Source: Nitrospirota bacterium
GTDB lineage: Bacteria > Nitrospirota > UBA9217
Length of the DNA: 64,000 nt
Direction of reading: 5' to 3'
Assembly (NCBI GenBank): GCA_963754875.1
Contig: CAVWHO010000014.1
Span: forward strand, 1-64,000
Part shown: piece after piece, positions 1-9,879 of the stretch
Layout: each line of letters starts with the position of its first letter
Numbering within the stretch: position 1 is the first letter of the stretch
Made by a program: the position numbers and the translations under genes
Notes under the pieces: generated by a model
What the model was told of the DNA's origin: nothing
Seen by the model: the letters and a program-made list of their open reading frames with translations, nothing else
Databases searched by the model: none

Positions 1-1440
1 CATGCAGACGCGTAAAGCAGGGCCGGGGCGAGGGGGAAATGCATTATTGGTGGCTTCGTGGAGGGCGGGGAGGGAGCGGCGAAGTGGGGTAAATTGAGGG
101 CGAGCAGGCCCTGTCCCCAGACTTCGGCGCGGAGCTGGCTCTGGGCGGCGCGGGTGGTGGCGAAGGGGGGCGAGGCGGAGCGCTGCCAGGCCGGGGGCGG
201 AAGGTGGGCCGGGGTGCCGGAAGCGGAGGCGCGATAGGCGGCCAGCAGCAGCATGGCATAGGAGGCGACCGCCAGAGCCGGGGCCGCTTCGGTGGAATGC
301 GGGTTGCGCACCTGCGGCTGTCCGGCGCCGAGCAGCGTCTTTTCATCGCGGAAGTTGACCTCGATGGCCCAGCGGCGCAGGTAGGCGGCGATCACGGTGG
401 CCGCGGGCAGGTTGGGATCGGTGCAGACCAGATAGGCCGGCTGGCGGTAGAGCAACTTGTCGCCGCGCTTGCGGCGGTAAGAGGCCGGCGCCAGAGCAAT
501 CACCTGCAGCGGGCAGCGGGCGCCGGCGCTGCGCCACAGCAGCGGGGTGACCCGCTTGTAGCGGATCTGCCATTGGGTGCCGTGGTGGGGCAGAAAGAGA
601 GTTTGCCAGGGGTGGCTTTCGTCGCTGCGGATCTGTTCCGGGGTGGGCGCCGGATCGCCGTAGCAGCGGCGGCGGCCCCGGCCGGGGCCGGCCTCGGCCA
701 GCCTGTACAGCCGGGCGTCCTTGCGGATGCGTCCGATGGCGACGGTGCGTTCGGGCAGCCGGGACAGCACGGTGTGGTTGGTAAAGCCGCCATCGAAGGC
801 CACCAGCAGCGGGCGCGACGGCTCGTCCCGGTCCAGCGCCTCGCGCAAAGCGGCGATGGACTGACGGGCACGGAGGGAGATACAGCTCTGGCGGCTCTGC
901 TGGCGATACTCGCGCCACTGCTGCGGCGAGGCGCGGCGGTCGGGCTTGGCCGGCGTGGGAGCGTGCTCGAAGGCGATGGGAATCATGCGCTCAACTCCCG
1001 ACTGGGCCGGCAGCGCGGCGGAGATCTGCAGAAACCGCTGCGCCCGGATCAGGTTGGTCTGAAAGTGCGGGCCGAGCGGATCACGCCGCCAGGCCACGCC
1101 GGGCATGTGCGTGCCCGAGCGCGGCAGCAGGGTGTCGTCCACAACTGCCAGCAGGGGCTCCGGCGGGGGCAGTTCCCGCAGCACGGCGCGCCGCAGCACC
1201 GCGAAGATCTCCCCGAGGGGCAGCCGCTGCCGCGCCAGCAGGCGGTAATCCGCCGTCCAATCCACATCCTGCCGCCCGGCCGTGGTCAGCAACCCGGTGA
1301 TCGTGTGTCGTCCCAAACACAGCAGCCCGCTCAGCGCGAGCGTCTGCGCCCGCTCGAAGACGCGCTGCTGCCGGAAGGCGGGGGCGCACCGCTGCCAGAG
1401 CTGCTGGATGTGTCCGAGGAGTCCGCCGCCGTTTTTTTTA
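1..1440 (-). CDS. DDE transposase, copy 1 (stop codon cut by the window edge; probably translated via -1 frameshift from the upstream ORF)
   Basis: Same frame as the 542-aa ORF of copy 2 shifted by 1776; DDT, DGGF and Y(2)R(3)E(6)K motifs. Confidence 0.85.
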
Positions 1441-1621
1441 GCGCCGGCAGCGGCGCCTCCGGCCGTCGCAGGGTCAGCTCCTGCTTGCTCTCGACAAACC
1501 ACTCCACCGTCTCGCCCTGGTGAAACCCCATCGACCGCGCCAGCGCGGCCGGAAAGTTGATGTACCACTGCCCGCCCTGCTTGCGGTGAATGAACTGCAC
1601 CCGGGTGGCATATCCGCCCAT
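1331..1621 (-). CDS. AbrB/MazE/SpoVT-like small DNA-binding ORF of IS copy 1
   Basis: MGGYATRVQFIHRKQGGQWYINFPAALARSMGFHQGETVEWFVE fits the swapped-hairpin pattern; purine-rich RBS upstream. Confidence 0.65.
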   Translation of the reverse strand: MGGYATRVQFIHRKQGGQWYINFPAALARSMGFHQGETVEWFVESKQELTLRRPEAPLPALKKTAADSSDTSSSSGSGAPPPSGSSASSSGRRRSR

Positions 1622-1729
1622 CTCGCACCCCCTTCGACCCTCTTCGAAACTAGATGCTCCTCCATGCGCCAGGGTGCTCACACCCAAATCACCGCTCAAT
1701 CCAGAGCCGAAAAAGGCCAAACTCCAGGG

Positions 1730-1749
1730 GCTGGCACTTCAGTGCCAGC
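1730..1749. repeat. Palindrome GCTGGCACT-TC-AGTGCCAGC between the two IS copies
   Basis: Read directly; flanked by the two 19-bp IS IRs. Confidence 0.95.
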
Positions 1750-1775
1750 GCCCTGGAGTTTGGCCTTTTCGCCAT

Positions 1776-3404
1776 TCATGCAGACGCGTAAAGCAGGGCC
1801 GGGGCGAGGGGGAAATGCATTATTGGTGGCTTCGTGGCGGGCGGGGAGGGAGCGGCGAAGTGGGGTAAATTGAGGGCGAGCAGGCCCTGTCCCCAGACTT
1901 CGGCGCGGAGCTGGCTCTGGGCGGCGCGGGTGGTGGCGAAGGGGGGCGAGGCGGAGCGCTGCCAGGCCGGGGGCGGAAGGTGGGCCGGGGTGCCGGAAGC
2001 GGAGGCGCGATAGGCGGCCAGCAGCAGCATGGCATAGGAGGCGACCGCCAGAGCCGGGGCCGCTTCGGTGGAATGCGGGTTGCGCACCTGCGGCTGTCCG
2101 GCGCCGAGCAGCGTCTTTTCATCGCGGAAGTTGACCTCGATGGCCCAGCGGCGCAGGTAGGCGGCGATCACGGTGGCCGCGGGCAGGTTGGGATCGGTGC
2201 AGACCAGATAGGCCGGCTGGCGGTAGAGCAACTTGTCGCCGCGCTTGCGGCGGTAAGAGGCCGGCGCCAGAGCAATCACCTGCAGCGGGCAGCGGGCGCC
2301 GGCGCTGCGCCACAGCAGCGGGGTGACACGCTTGTAGCGGATCTGCCATTGGGTGCCGTGGTGGGGCAGAAAGAGAGTTTGCCAGGGGTGGCTTTCGTCG
2401 CTGCGGATCTGTTCCGGGGTGGGCGCCGGATCGCCGTAGCAGCGGCGGCGGCCCCGGCCGGGGCCGGCCTCGGCCAGCCTGTACAGCCGGGCGTCCTTGC
2501 GGATGCGTCCGATGGCGACGGTGCGTTCGGGCAGCCGGGACAGCACGGTGTGGTTGGTAAAGCCGCCATCGAAGGCCACCAGCAGCGGGCGCGACGGCTC
2601 GTCCCGGTCCAGCGCCTCGCGCAAAGCGGCGATGGACTGACGGGCACGGAGGGAGATACAGCTCTGGCGGCTCTGCTGGCGATACTCGCGCCACTGCTGC
2701 GGCGAGGCGCGGCGGTCGGGCTTGGCCGGCGTGGGAGCGTGCTCGAAGGCGATGGGAATCATGCGCTCAACTCCCGACTGGGCCGGCAGCGCGGCGGAGA
2801 TCTGCAGAAACCGCTGCGCCCGGATCAGGTTGGTCTGAAAGTGCGGGCCGAGCGGATCACGCCGCCAGGCCACGCCGGGCATGTGCGTGCCCGAGCGCGG
2901 CAGCAGGGTGTCGTCCACAACTGCCAGCAGGGGCTCCGGCGGGGGCAGTTCCCGCAGCACGGCGCGCCGGAGCACCGCGAAGATCTCCCCGAGGGGCAGC
3001 CGCTGCCGCGCCAGCAGGCGGTAATCCGCCGTCCAATCCACATCCTGCCGCCCGGCCGTGGTCAGCAACCCGGTGATCGTGTGTCGCCCCAAACACAGCA
3101 GCCCGCTCAGCGCGAGCGTCTGCGCCCGCTCGAAGACGCGCTGCTGCCGGAAGGCGGGGGCGCACCGCTGCCAGAGCTGCTGGATGTGTCCGAGGAGTCC
3201 GCCGCCGTTTTTTTTAGCGCCGGCAGCGGCGCCTCCGGCCGTCGCAGGGTCAGCTCCTGCTTGCTCTCGACAAACCACTCCACCGTCTCGCCCTGGTGAA
3301 ACCCCATCGACCGCGCCAGCGCGGCCGGAAAGTTGATGTACCACTGCCCGCCCTGCTTGCGGTGAATGAACTGCACCCGGGTGGCATATCCGCCCATCTC
3401 GCAC
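1776..3404 (-). CDS. DDE transposase (DDE_5/IS701-IS4 type); true N-terminus probably supplied by frameshift near 3208-3215
   Basis: VVDDTLL, AFDGGF and YLRRWAIEVNFRDEK (YREK signature). Confidence 0.9.
   Translation of the reverse strand: MRDGRICHPGAVHSPQAGRAVVHQLSGRAGAVDGVSPGRDGGVVCREQAGADPATAGGAAAGAKKNGGGLLGHIQQLWQRCAPAFRQQRVFERAQTLALSGLLCLGRHTITGLLTTAGRQDVDWTADYRLLARQRLPLGEIFAVLRRAVLRELPPPEPLLAVVDDTLLPRSGTHMPGVAWRRDPLGPHFQTNLIRAQRFLQISAALPAQSGVERMIPIAFEHAPTPAKPDRRASPQQWREYRQQSRQSCISLRARQSIAALREALDRDEPSRPLLVAFDGGFTNHTVLSRLPERTVAIGRIRKDARLYRLAEAGPGRGRRRCYGDPAPTPEQIRSDESHPWQTLFLPHHGTQWQIRYKRVTPLLWRSAGARCPLQVIALAPASYRRKRGDKLLYRQPAYLVCTDPNLPAATVIAAYLRRWAIEVNFRDEKTLLGAGQPQVRNPHSTEAAPALAVASYAMLLLAAYRASASGTPAHLPPPAWQRSASPPFATTRAAQSQLRAEVWGQGLLALNLPHFAAPSPPATKPPIMHFPLAPALLYASA
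3107..3397 (-). CDS. AbrB/MazE/SpoVT-like small ORF of IS copy 2
   Basis: Matches the copy 1 ORF; overlaps the transposase frame at an A8 run. Confidence 0.65.
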   Translation of the reverse strand: MGGYATRVQFIHRKQGGQWYINFPAALARSMGFHQGETVEWFVESKQELTLRRPEAPLPALKKTAADSSDTSSSSGSGAPPPSGSSASSSGRRRSR

Positions 3405-3505
3405 CCCCTTCGACCCTCTTCGAAACTAGATGCTCCTCCATGCGCCAGGGTGCTCACACCCAAATCACCGCTCAATCCAGAGCCGAAAAAGGCCAAACCC
3501 CAGGG

Positions 3506-3525
3506 GCTGGCACTTAAGTGCCAGC
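3506..3525. repeat. Perfect palindrome GCTGGCACTTAAGTGCCAGC adjoining IS copy 2
   Basis: Read directly; one central mismatch versus 1730-1749. Confidence 0.95.
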
Positions 3526-3553
3526 CCACTTTGTGGATCAGCGCATCACCCGC

Positions 3554-5311
3554 TCAGTACTTCCAGCTGCTCACATCCGCGCCGGCCGGCGCGGTCGCCT
3601 GCATGTGCTTCACCAGTACCGGAATGATCCGTTCCGGCGCCGTCAGCCCGCTCATCCGCGACGTCGTGCCCGACGGCCCGCCCCAAAAGCAGTGCGGCTG
3701 CCCGGGGGCGTACTGAAACGGCACATCCAGGTGCGGATTCTGGCTCTTGTCCAGGAACTTTTGCATCCGGTGAACGGCGTTGTTGAGGTAATAGGTGTCC
3801 ATGTCGCCGACGGTGAAGTAGAGCTTGCCCTTCAACTCCGGCCCCAGCGTCGACCAGTGACTGGCCAGGTAGGCGCGCAGGTCGTAATGGTCATGCCAGT
3901 ACTGCGCCACCTGTGCGTCGATGACGCCGGTGCGGGTGTTCCAGATGCGGGCCGGGTAGCCGTCCGGACCCACCGGGCTGAACACCGCCTGCCAGATGCC
4001 GAACTGGTCGGTCGAGCGACCCTTGTCGCCCAGCACCAGTTCGCGCTGCTGTACGCGGTCCATCGTGGTCACCACGGTCCCGTCGGGCTTGCGGACGGAT
4101 CCGGACGCGGATACGTCGAAAAAGGTCCCTGCAGCCAGAAGGCGTTCTTGTCCTTGTAGAGTTGACGATCTGGTACGAACGAAAGTCGATCGGGTCGGGA
4201 CAGGCGGTCCAGGCGCCGTTGAAGAAGGTGGGATAGAACAGCTGCATGCCCAGCGTCTCCCACCCGCCGGTCGATCCGCCGTACATGGCGCGCGCCCAGG
4301 GCTGGCCGATGCCGCGGAACTTGTGCTCGACGTACGGAATCAGCTCCTGCGTGATGGCGTCTCCATAGGGACCGAGGTTGGCCGAGTTCACCGCGTAGGA
4401 GTCGTCATAGTAGGGCGTGGCGTGCTGGATGATCATCAGGATCACGTGCGGCAGCTTGCCCTGCGCCCAGGCCCGGTAAAAGCGGTAGCTGTAATCCTGG
4501 TACTGGCGGTCGCTGCCGGTGGCCTTCGGATCGGCGGGATGATCGCGGAACGCCGACCGGCACGGCGAAGTCGCGCTGGAAGTGCCCCTGGTAGACGATG
4601 AGCGGATAGCGCGCCTGCGGATGCTGTGCCCAGCCGGAGGGCAGCAGCACAATCGCGCCAAGGTTCGGTGGGTTGCCCCCAGAAGTGGGTGAGCAGGCGG
4701 CTCTGGATGTGAACGTGCCGGATCCAGGCGGTGTCATGGACGGCCGGAAGCGGCGGAATGGTCTGGGAAAGTTGGATGTGGATGACGCCGCCTGGGCCGA
4801 TGTGCACCAACTGGGGCCGGCTGTACAGGTTCCCCGGCTTCTGGTTCCACTGCTGCCCCTCGCCTTCGTCTTTGGGCAGTTGCAGCACGCGTCCATTGGC
4901 CAGATGGAAGGTCGTATAGACGTTGAGCAGGGCCTGGACCGTATAGTCGCCGGGGGCGATGTCACGCAGGCTCTTCCGGGGATAGCCGAGGGCGGAGGCA
5001 TCAAAGACCGCCGTCTGGCCCGGCTGCCAGTGTTCCACGGTGATGCCGAAAAACTGCTGGGTGTCGTATCCGTCGCCGATCTGAAAGCGCGGCTCTCCGC
5101 TGAGGTCGGTGGAGACCATCAGGTAGAGCCGGCCATTGAGCGGAGTGGCGCGAAGATTGCCGGGAAAGGTAACTTCGACACGCAGGGAACGGGTCGAAGC
5201 GGCCGGAGCGGCGGTCTGTGCCGCGGCCGCGGTCATCAGAGCGAGCAGCAGCAGGAGAGGCGTCCGCCTCTGCCAGCGGATTCGGATGCGGTGGAGCATG
5301 ATGGAGCGCAT
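3554..5311 (-). CDS. Secreted alpha/beta-hydrolase-fold esterase, split by about 3 frameshifts
   Basis: Signal peptide and GGSTGG nucleophile motif; consecutive ORF pieces 4442-5311, 3891-4661 and 3554-4075. Confidence 0.75.
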
Positions 5312-5579
5312 GAACGGTCTCTATTCAGAAAGATGGTGTTGAATATAACAGGCACCGCAGCCGCAGGGGCGGTAGATTCCCATTGAGGGAGCCGGAAACG
5401 CCGGAATGAGTGAGTTGGTGGCCGGGTCTGTCTCTCTTCCTGAATTGGGAGTTTTTCTCCCGGAGTGGGCAACGGCAGTATTTGCCGAATCGGCGCCAAT
5501 TATGGTTCGGCCGGATATTTGTAGTTGGTCTCGTGCGTGCTGACCGGACTTGGGGGATTCCCCCGGGAAAGAGGATGAG

Positions 5580-7005
5580 ATGCAGAACCATCGAGTGAGT
5601 ACTGGAGTATTGATGGTGGCCAGCCTGTTCATGGCGGCCTGTGGAGGTTCGGGTGGCGGCAGCGCCAGCGTTCCCGGAACCACCCCGGCGCCAGCCGGCC
5701 AGACGGCGCCGATGCTGGTGACGGTGGCCGATGCGCCGTTGAGCAATCTGCTGTCGGCCCAGGTGACGATTTCGTCGGTGAGTCTGGTGCCGCAGGCTGG
5801 CGGAACCGCGGTGCCGGTATTGACTACGCCGGAGACGATTGAACTTTCCGGACTGGGCACGCTGCAGGAGCCGCTCGAGCTGGCGCAGATTCCGGTGGGC
5901 ACCTACAGTCAGGTGCAGCTGGTGATCAGCGGTGTTACCGCCTCCTACATCGATCCTGCCGACCAGCAAGACTGTTACGAACGCCACGGCCACGGTGGTT
6001 AACGGCAATGTGCAGGTGACGCTGACTCCGGTTCTGAGTGTCACCCAGGCCGCTGGCGCCGATCTGCATCTCGACGTCAACCTGGCCAAATCGCTGGACC
6101 TGACCGGCAGCACGCTGACCTTCACGCCCTCGGTCGCCTCGGCCGCCGCCAAGGTTGAGTCCGAGAGCCAGACCAGCCGCGAAATCGAGGTGAAGGGCGC
6201 GGTGACGGCGGTGACGGCCAATTCTGTCACGGTGCAGGCCAGCGATTCGCAGAAGAGCTTCCAGTTCGCCATCAACAGCTCGACCCAGTTCAGCGGCAGC
6301 CTCACGCTGGCGGCGCTGCAGGCCGGCAACATGGTTCACGTCCACGGCAGCATGCAGTCCGATGGCAGCCTGCTGGCGCTGAGCATTGAATCCATCGGCA
6401 ATGATGGCTCCGGTGGCGAAACCAAGAGCAGCGGCGGAGATGGCATCATCCTCTCGACCGTCACCGACACGTCCGGCGCCGTCACCTCGTTCCAGATGGT
6501 TCTGCGGGATGGCTTTGGCGACGGCAAATCGGGGGCTCCGGTGGTGGTGGACCTCTCGCCGAGTACCACCTACGGGCTTTCCGAAGACGCCACCAATGCA
6601 GGCGTTACTTCGTTTGACCTCTCCCAGATCTTCCCCGGCCAGTCGGTGGAGGTCTCCGGAACCGCCGGTTCCAACCAGGATATCGCCGCAACCGAAGTGA
6701 AACTGGTCTCCAACACGCTACGCGGGCAGTTGGCCTCCGCCATCAGCGGTACGGCGCCGGCTCTGACCTTCTCGTTGCTGAGCAGCGCCCAGTCGGCGGT
6801 GACCGCGCTGACCGGCACCGCCAGCTTCCAGGCGACCACGACGCCGGCGACGGTGTATGAAGATCCGCTGACGGCGTCGAGCTTCGCCAGTCTTGCCAGC
6901 GGCGCCAACCTGGTCGTTCGCGGATTCCTGACGCGCAATGCCACCGGCGCTTATTCGCTGCTCGTGGTTCGTGTAAAACAGGCCGAGGCGCCGGAAGGCG
7001 ACTGA
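5580..7005 (+). CDS. Lipoprotein with DUF4382/DUF5666-like beta-rich domains (frameshift near 5960)
   Basis: Lipobox FMAAC-GGS; VTVADAP and GTYSQVQL motifs; repeated EVxG..V OB-like units. Confidence 0.7.
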
Positions 7006-7038
7006 AGTCTTCCTGGCAGCGTGGTTTGACCAACCCCG

Positions 7039-7069
7039 GGCGCCGGGTTCCAGCGGGAACCCGGCGCCC
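7039..7069. terminator. GC-rich hairpin after the lipoprotein gene
   Basis: GGGCGCCGGGTTCC-agcg-GGAACCCGGCGCCC. Confidence 0.55.
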
Positions 7070-7133
7070 TTGCCCGTTCAGCCACCGTTCCTTCCATCCC
7101 TCCTTCCGGAATTGTGCGTACACTGAACTGCGC

Positions 7134-8381
7134 ATGTCGATTCCGGTCCACGCATCCCTCTCCGAAGCCCGCCTGGTGGCGGTGGCGGTGATTTTTCTGG
7201 CCAGCTATCTGGTCTTCGCCATCGGCAACTTTCCCGGCACGAAGATCGACCGCACCGGCGCCGCTATCATCGGCGGGGTGCTGATGTTCGCCGTCGGCGG
7301 CCTGGCGCCCGGAGCCGGCCTGCGCGCCATCGACTTCAATACCCTGGTGCTGCTGTTTTCGATGATGCTGATCGTCGCCTATCTGCGCCTGGCCGGCTTC
7401 TTTGACTGGCTGACGGAGACCGTGCTGCGCCGTTTGCGTCCGCATCACCTGCTGCCCACGGTCATCTTCACCAGCGGCCTTCTTTCCGCATTTTTTGTGA
7501 ATGACATCATCTGCCTGGTGATGGTGCCGCTGGTGCTGGCGGCGGCCAGAAAGTTGCGCCTGCCGCCGGTGCCCTATCTGCTGGCGCTGGCGACGGCATC
7601 CAACATCGGCAGCGTGGCCAGCATGACCGGCAATCCCCAGAACATGGTGATCGGGTCGTATTCCAACCTCGGCTACCGGGCATTTCTGGGGCATCTGGCG
7701 CCGGTGGCACTGGTGGGGCTGTTCATCGACTGGGGTGTGCTGCATTGGCTGACGGTGCGCAGTGGCGCGCACGATCCGCAGGTGCAGCAGCCCTTCGCCG
7801 TCGCCGCCGTGGATACCCGGGCGCTACGCAAGCCGGCACTGGTGACACTGCTGGTGCTGGCCGGCTTTCTGGCGGGTGTGCCGCCGGCCCTGATGGCGGC
7901 ACTGGGCGCGGCACTGCTGCTCATGAGCCGCACCGTGGACCCCGCCGAGGTCTACCGGCAGGTGGACTGGGGCCTGCTGGTCTTTTTTGTGGGTCTCTTC
8001 CTGATTGTTGGTGGGGCCGAACAGGCCGGCCTGATGCAGGATATTCTTCGCCTTACGCACGGTTGGAATATCGCCCAACCCGCGCTGTTCACCGCGCTGA
8101 CGGCGGCGCTTTCCAACCTGGTCAGCAACGTGCCGGCGGTTCTGCTGCTGAAGTCGCTGGTGCCAGGCTTTGCCGATCCGAAAACAGGTTGGCTGCTGCT
8201 GGCCATGGCCAGCACGCTGGCTGGCAACCTCACCGTCACCGGTTCTGTCGCCAACATCATCGTCATCGAAGGCGCCCGGCCGCAGGTCAGGATCAGCTTC
8301 CGGCAATATCTGCAGGCGGGGGTGCCGATTACCCTGCTCACCCTGGTGTTTGGGTGGCTGTGGCTGGTGTGGGTGCGCTGA
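7134..8381 (+). CDS. ArsB/NhaD (SLC13-like) anion permease
   Basis: Many TM segments; FFVND, ASNIGS..GNPQN, SNLVSNVPA and STLAGNLT motifs. Confidence 0.85.
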   Translation: MSIPVHASLSEARLVAVAVIFLASYLVFAIGNFPGTKIDRTGAAIIGGVLMFAVGGLAPGAGLRAIDFNTLVLLFSMMLIVAYLRLAGFFDWLTETVLRRLRPHHLLPTVIFTSGLLSAFFVNDIICLVMVPLVLAAARKLRLPPVPYLLALATASNIGSVASMTGNPQNMVIGSYSNLGYRAFLGHLAPVALVGLFIDWGVLHWLTVRSGAHDPQVQQPFAVAAVDTRALRKPALVTLLVLAGFLAGVPPALMAALGAALLLMSRTVDPAEVYRQVDWGLLVFFVGLFLIVGGAEQAGLMQDILRLTHGWNIAQPALFTALTAALSNLVSNVPAVLLLKSLVPGFADPKTGWLLLAMASTLAGNLTVTGSVANIIVIEGARPQVRISFRQYLQAGVPITLLTLVFGWLWLVWVR

Positions 8382-8407
8382 GCCGCTGGCCTGCTATGCT
8401 GTGCGCT

Positions 8408-9634
8408 ATGCGACGCATCGGACTGGCCGGCTGGATTCTGTCGGCGATGGCGGCAGGCATTGTGATCGGGGCGGTCTGGCCCCACGCAGGCATGGCGCTG
8501 GAACCGCTGGAAGTGATTTTTCTGCGGCTCATCAAGGTGATTGTGGGGCCGCTCATCTTCGCCACACTGGTCTCTGGCATCGCCGGCCACGGCGACATGC
8601 GCGGCGTCGGGCGCATCGGACTCAAGGCGATCGTCTACTTCGAGGTGGCCTCTACGGTGGCGCTGCTGCTGGGGCTGGTGGCGGCTCACATGTTTCAGCC
8701 CGGCCGGGGCGCGGCGCTCTCCGCCGGCGCCACCGCCGTCAGCGGCGTGCCGGCCGCTCCCGCCCACCTCAGTCTGCTCGATACCCTGATCGTTCACACC
8801 GTTCCACAGAGCTTTGCCGACGCGCTGGCCCGCGGCGAGGTGCTGCAGGTGGTGGTGTTCAGCCTGCTGTTCGGGCTGGCCCTCATCGCCAGTGGCGAGC
8901 GTGGCAAGCCGCTGCTGGAGTTCTGCCAGAGCCTGGCCCAGGTGATGTTCCGCTTCACCAACATGGTGATGTGGTTCGCGCCGCTGGGCGTGCTGGGCGC
9001 GCTTGCCGCCGGCGTGGGACGCGAAGGGCTGGGCGTGCTGCTGCCGCTGCTGCGCCTGGTTGGCACGCTCTACCTCACCCTCGTCATCTTCCTGGTGCTG
9101 CTGGTTGCCGTCGTCTCCCTCCTGTTCCGCATTCCGTTGCGCCGCTTTCTGCTGGCGGTGCGCGAGCCGGTGATGATCGCCTTCTCAACCGCGAGTTCCG
9201 AAGCGGCCCTGCCGCGCGCCATTGAGGAGATGGAAAGCCTGGGAGTCTCCTCCCGCGTCGCCGGCTTCGTCATTCCCACCGGCTACAGTTTCAATCTGGA
9301 TGGCACCGCGCTCTACCTGACCCTGGCATCCATCTTTCTGGCGCAGGCGTATAGTATCCACCTGAGCCTGGGGCACGAACTGTTTCTGCTGCTTACGCTG
9401 ATGCTGACCAGCAAGGGCGTGGCCGGCGTGGCGCGAGCTGCCATCGTTGTGCTGGCCGGTGCGGTGGGTTCCTTTGGCCTGCCCGTCGCCGGCGTTGCCC
9501 TGCTGCTGGGCGTGGACCAGTTCATGGACATGGGGCGCACCGCCGTCAACGTCTTCGGCAACTGCCTGGCCGCCGCCGCCGTCGCCCGCTGGGAAGGGGA
9601 AACGCTGGAAGAAACCGTGGAGCGTGGAGCGTGA
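8408..9634 (+). CDS. Dicarboxylate/amino acid:cation symporter (GltP/DctA family)
   Basis: AFSTASSEAALP, PTGYSFNLDGT and DMGRTAVNVFGN motifs. Confidence 0.92.
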   Translation: MRRIGLAGWILSAMAAGIVIGAVWPHAGMALEPLEVIFLRLIKVIVGPLIFATLVSGIAGHGDMRGVGRIGLKAIVYFEVASTVALLLGLVAAHMFQPGRGAALSAGATAVSGVPAAPAHLSLLDTLIVHTVPQSFADALARGEVLQVVVFSLLFGLALIASGERGKPLLEFCQSLAQVMFRFTNMVMWFAPLGVLGALAAGVGREGLGVLLPLLRLVGTLYLTLVIFLVLLVAVVSLLFRIPLRRFLLAVREPVMIAFSTASSEAALPRAIEEMESLGVSSRVAGFVIPTGYSFNLDGTALYLTLASIFLAQAYSIHLSLGHELFLLLTLMLTSKGVAGVARAAIVVLAGAVGSFGLPVAGVALLLGVDQFMDMGRTAVNVFGNCLAAAAVARWEGETLEETVERGA

Positions 9635-9700
9635 AGCGAGGAAGGCAGAAGGCAGAAGACAGAAGAGGGAAGAGGGAAGAGGGAAGAGGGAAGAGGGAAG
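9616..9700 (+). repeat. Heptamer tandem repeats: (GCGTGGA)n, then (GGCAGAA)/(GGGAAGA)n
   Basis: Read directly. Confidence 0.85.
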
Positions 9701-9879
9701 CGGCAGCACCGCAGTCTGCGCGTTCCGCTAACAGCTATTGAGTGCCGCACAAAATCGTGCCGGCGGAGTGCTGTTGCCGCAGAAGCCAGGATTCGTAGAA
9801 TCTGCTTTAGCATGTCTCCGCTTACGTCCTTCGCGGGGCTGGAGGAACACCTCTGCGCGGCGTCTTTATTCCGCGGGTA

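Larger units (their letters stand above)
1..1729 (-). mobile_element. IS4/IS701-like insertion sequence, copy 1 (one end lies just outside the window)
   Basis: Near-identical to 1777-3505 at offset 1776; terminal IR AAAAGGCCAAACTCCAGGG at 1711-1729. Confidence 0.9.
1751..3505 (-). mobile_element. IS4/IS701-like insertion sequence, copy 2 (complete, 1755 bp)
   Basis: IRs CCCTGGAGTTTGGCCTTTT (1751-1769) and AAAAGGCCAAACCCCAGGG (3487-3505) enclose the transposase. Confidence 0.92.

Noticed and set aside
204..3299. The 439-aa plus-strand ORFs and similar long antisense ORFs (e.g. 24783-26486, 31745-33640, 51824-53419)
   Set aside because: Shadow frames of real GC-rich genes on the opposite strand; no recognisable motifs.
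1..3525. Tandem IS as a pure assembly duplication
   Set aside because: The copies differ mostly by synonymous substitutions, which random error would not favour.
1730..3525. Palindromes as CRISPR repeats or integron attC sites
   Set aside because: Spacing is 1.78 kb and filled by a transposase with its own IRs; no cas or intI gene and no RYYYAAC/GTTRRRY ends.
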